DNA from: Callorhinchus milii
Lineage: Eukaryota
Direction: 5' to 3'
DNA: 64,000 nt
Assembly: GCF_018977255.1 (NCBI RefSeq)
Contig: NW_024704742.1
Coordinates: 62,064,001 to 62,128,000, forward strand
Translations under genes and position numbers: made by a program
Shown: in pieces, positions 62,485-64,000 of the stretch
Numbering within the stretch: the stretch's first letter is position 1
Layout: every line of letters begins with the position of its first letter
Notes under the pieces: model-generated
Told to the model about the DNA's origin: nothing
The model's database searches: none
Seen by the model: the letters and a program-made list of their open reading frames with translations, nothing else

Positions 62485-62985
62485 ATTCAACCATATCCAG
62501 AACTCTGCAGCTCGTGTCCTCTCCCGCACCAAACTCCATGAGCCCATCTCCCCTATTCTCACCCGACTCCATTGGCCCCCTAACCTTCAGAGGATCCAAT
62601 TCAAGATCCTGGTCGTCACCTGCAAAGCCCTCCATGGCCTCGCCGCACCCTACGTCTGCGATCTCCTAATCCCCTACCAACCCGCCCGCTCCCTCTGCTC
62701 AGCCGGCTCCGGCCTGCTCCACGTTCCCCGACCCACCCGTCCCACCATTGTGGGAGAGCCTTCAGCCACTCTGCCCCAAACCTCTGGAATTCCTTCCCCC
62801 AGTCACTCCGCCTCACCACCTCCTTAGCCCCCTTCAAGTCCTGTCTCAAGACCCTCCTCTTCGACCATGCCATCGGTCACCCCCCTTCCCCTCTCCTCCC
62901 TTCTACCTCCCTGACCCCAGCTCAGGTCTGAAATGCTGTACACTGACGTGAAAGGCGCTATACAAATGTAATCTTGTTGTTGTTG
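62485..62985 (+). mobile_element. L2 3' fragment
   Basis: IQNSAARVLSRTKLHEPISPILTRLHWPP..RIQFKILVVTCKALHGLAAPY; tail. Confidence 0.95.
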
Positions 62986-63198
62986 CCACGGGATCTTTAA
63001 CTTCCACCTGAATAGACTAACGGGACCTCGGTTTAACATCTCTTCAAAAGGAAAGCACCTCCAACAATGCAGGACATCCCCAGCACCGCAATGGAGTGTC
63101 AGTTTAGACTATATGACTTATAAGTTCCAAGATGAGGCTTGAACCAACAACTTTCTGATTCAGAGATGAAAGTGCTGCCAACTGAGTCAGCCTGACAC
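62986..63198 (-). mobile_element. SINE family B 5' half
   Basis: GGGATCTTTAACTTCCACCTGAA..GGGACCTCGGTTTAACATCTC; head. Confidence 0.85.
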
Positions 63199-64000
63199 AT
63201 GCAAGCAGCTTTCAAATTCATGCAATTTCAACAATCACGTGTGTTAGTATATGAATGTGTTCGTATTTAAGATATTGGCAAGAAACATAAACCATATCCA
63301 TACAGACAGAATGAATATCTCCTGTGTTTTAAAGCTGTTGGAATAAATTGAGTTCTGGCAACTTGCATCCAGTACCAAATGGACATTTTTTCACAAACAG
63401 ATCCATTGCTGACAATAACCAAACAATCACTGTTGCTTGGTGGAGATTGATGCAGAGTATCATTAAATATAGCATTGAAATAGTAGTGCTTTTTGTAGCA
63501 GGCAATTTTATAGGTAATGGCGTGATATGAGCTACCAGCTGTGGTGATCAAATAAAACTACAAAACTATTGGTTTTGATTCAAAATTGAACTGTGCAGTC
63601 ATAATGGAGCCAACTTGATGAACTGTCTTAACCTCAAAATATTGCGCACTGGAGCCTTGTCTTTTACATTCACTAGATTTTACAAATATTGTAAGATACA
63701 CCTCCTTTCACTAAATTATATTTAATGATTTTTTTGTCAGAAAAGGGCGAATGAAATTGCATGAAGACCCAACATTCTTAAACATCACCTGTAGGAAATG
63801 CAGGAGAATCTTTTATTCACTTTTGTTGGCCAAAAGTGATTGTGCGTATTCTGTTCAGTGCAGAATTCTAAGGGAAATGGCTAAATGCCAAATCGTAAAA
63901 CCATATTTTTGGAGAAGGGCCTGCAAGTCCCAGTGGCCATAGTAATAAAGTGCTGTCTTGATATTCTTTGATCTGTGAGGTCTATCATTCCCACCACGGA

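Noticed and set aside
61520..63551. ORFs 61520-61756 and 63267-63551 in unique sequence
   Set aside because: No recognisable homology or convincing splice structure.

Overview
Eukaryotic, AT-rich, repeat-dense non-coding DNA. The repeat repertoire points to a cartilaginous fish, probably a chimaera such as elephant shark; this is inferred from the repeats only. No protein-coding gene could be supported. The ORFs with recognisable peptides are frameshifted pieces of L2 and CR1 retrotransposons, and one further stop-containing frame is a hAT transposase relic. The window holds many 5'-truncated L2 3' ends, two tRNA-headed SINE families sharing the L2 3' stem-loop tail (one carries a full Deu domain), CR1 fragments, MITEs, an unnamed A-tailed repeat in six copies and an LF-SINE-like remnant. 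Repeat-free blocks lie between them and may be conserved non-coding elements. The most notable items are (1) a decayed 28S rRNA domain-V fragment joined directly to a SINE/L2-type 3' tail (42705-43055); (2) a TSD-flanked palindromic element with a degenerate minimal hammerhead-ribozyme core (27821-28034); (3) a palindromic MITE family in which two copies carry a SINE at about the same TIR position. Family names come from remembered consensus motifs, not database searches. Most repeat boundaries are approximate to tens of bp.
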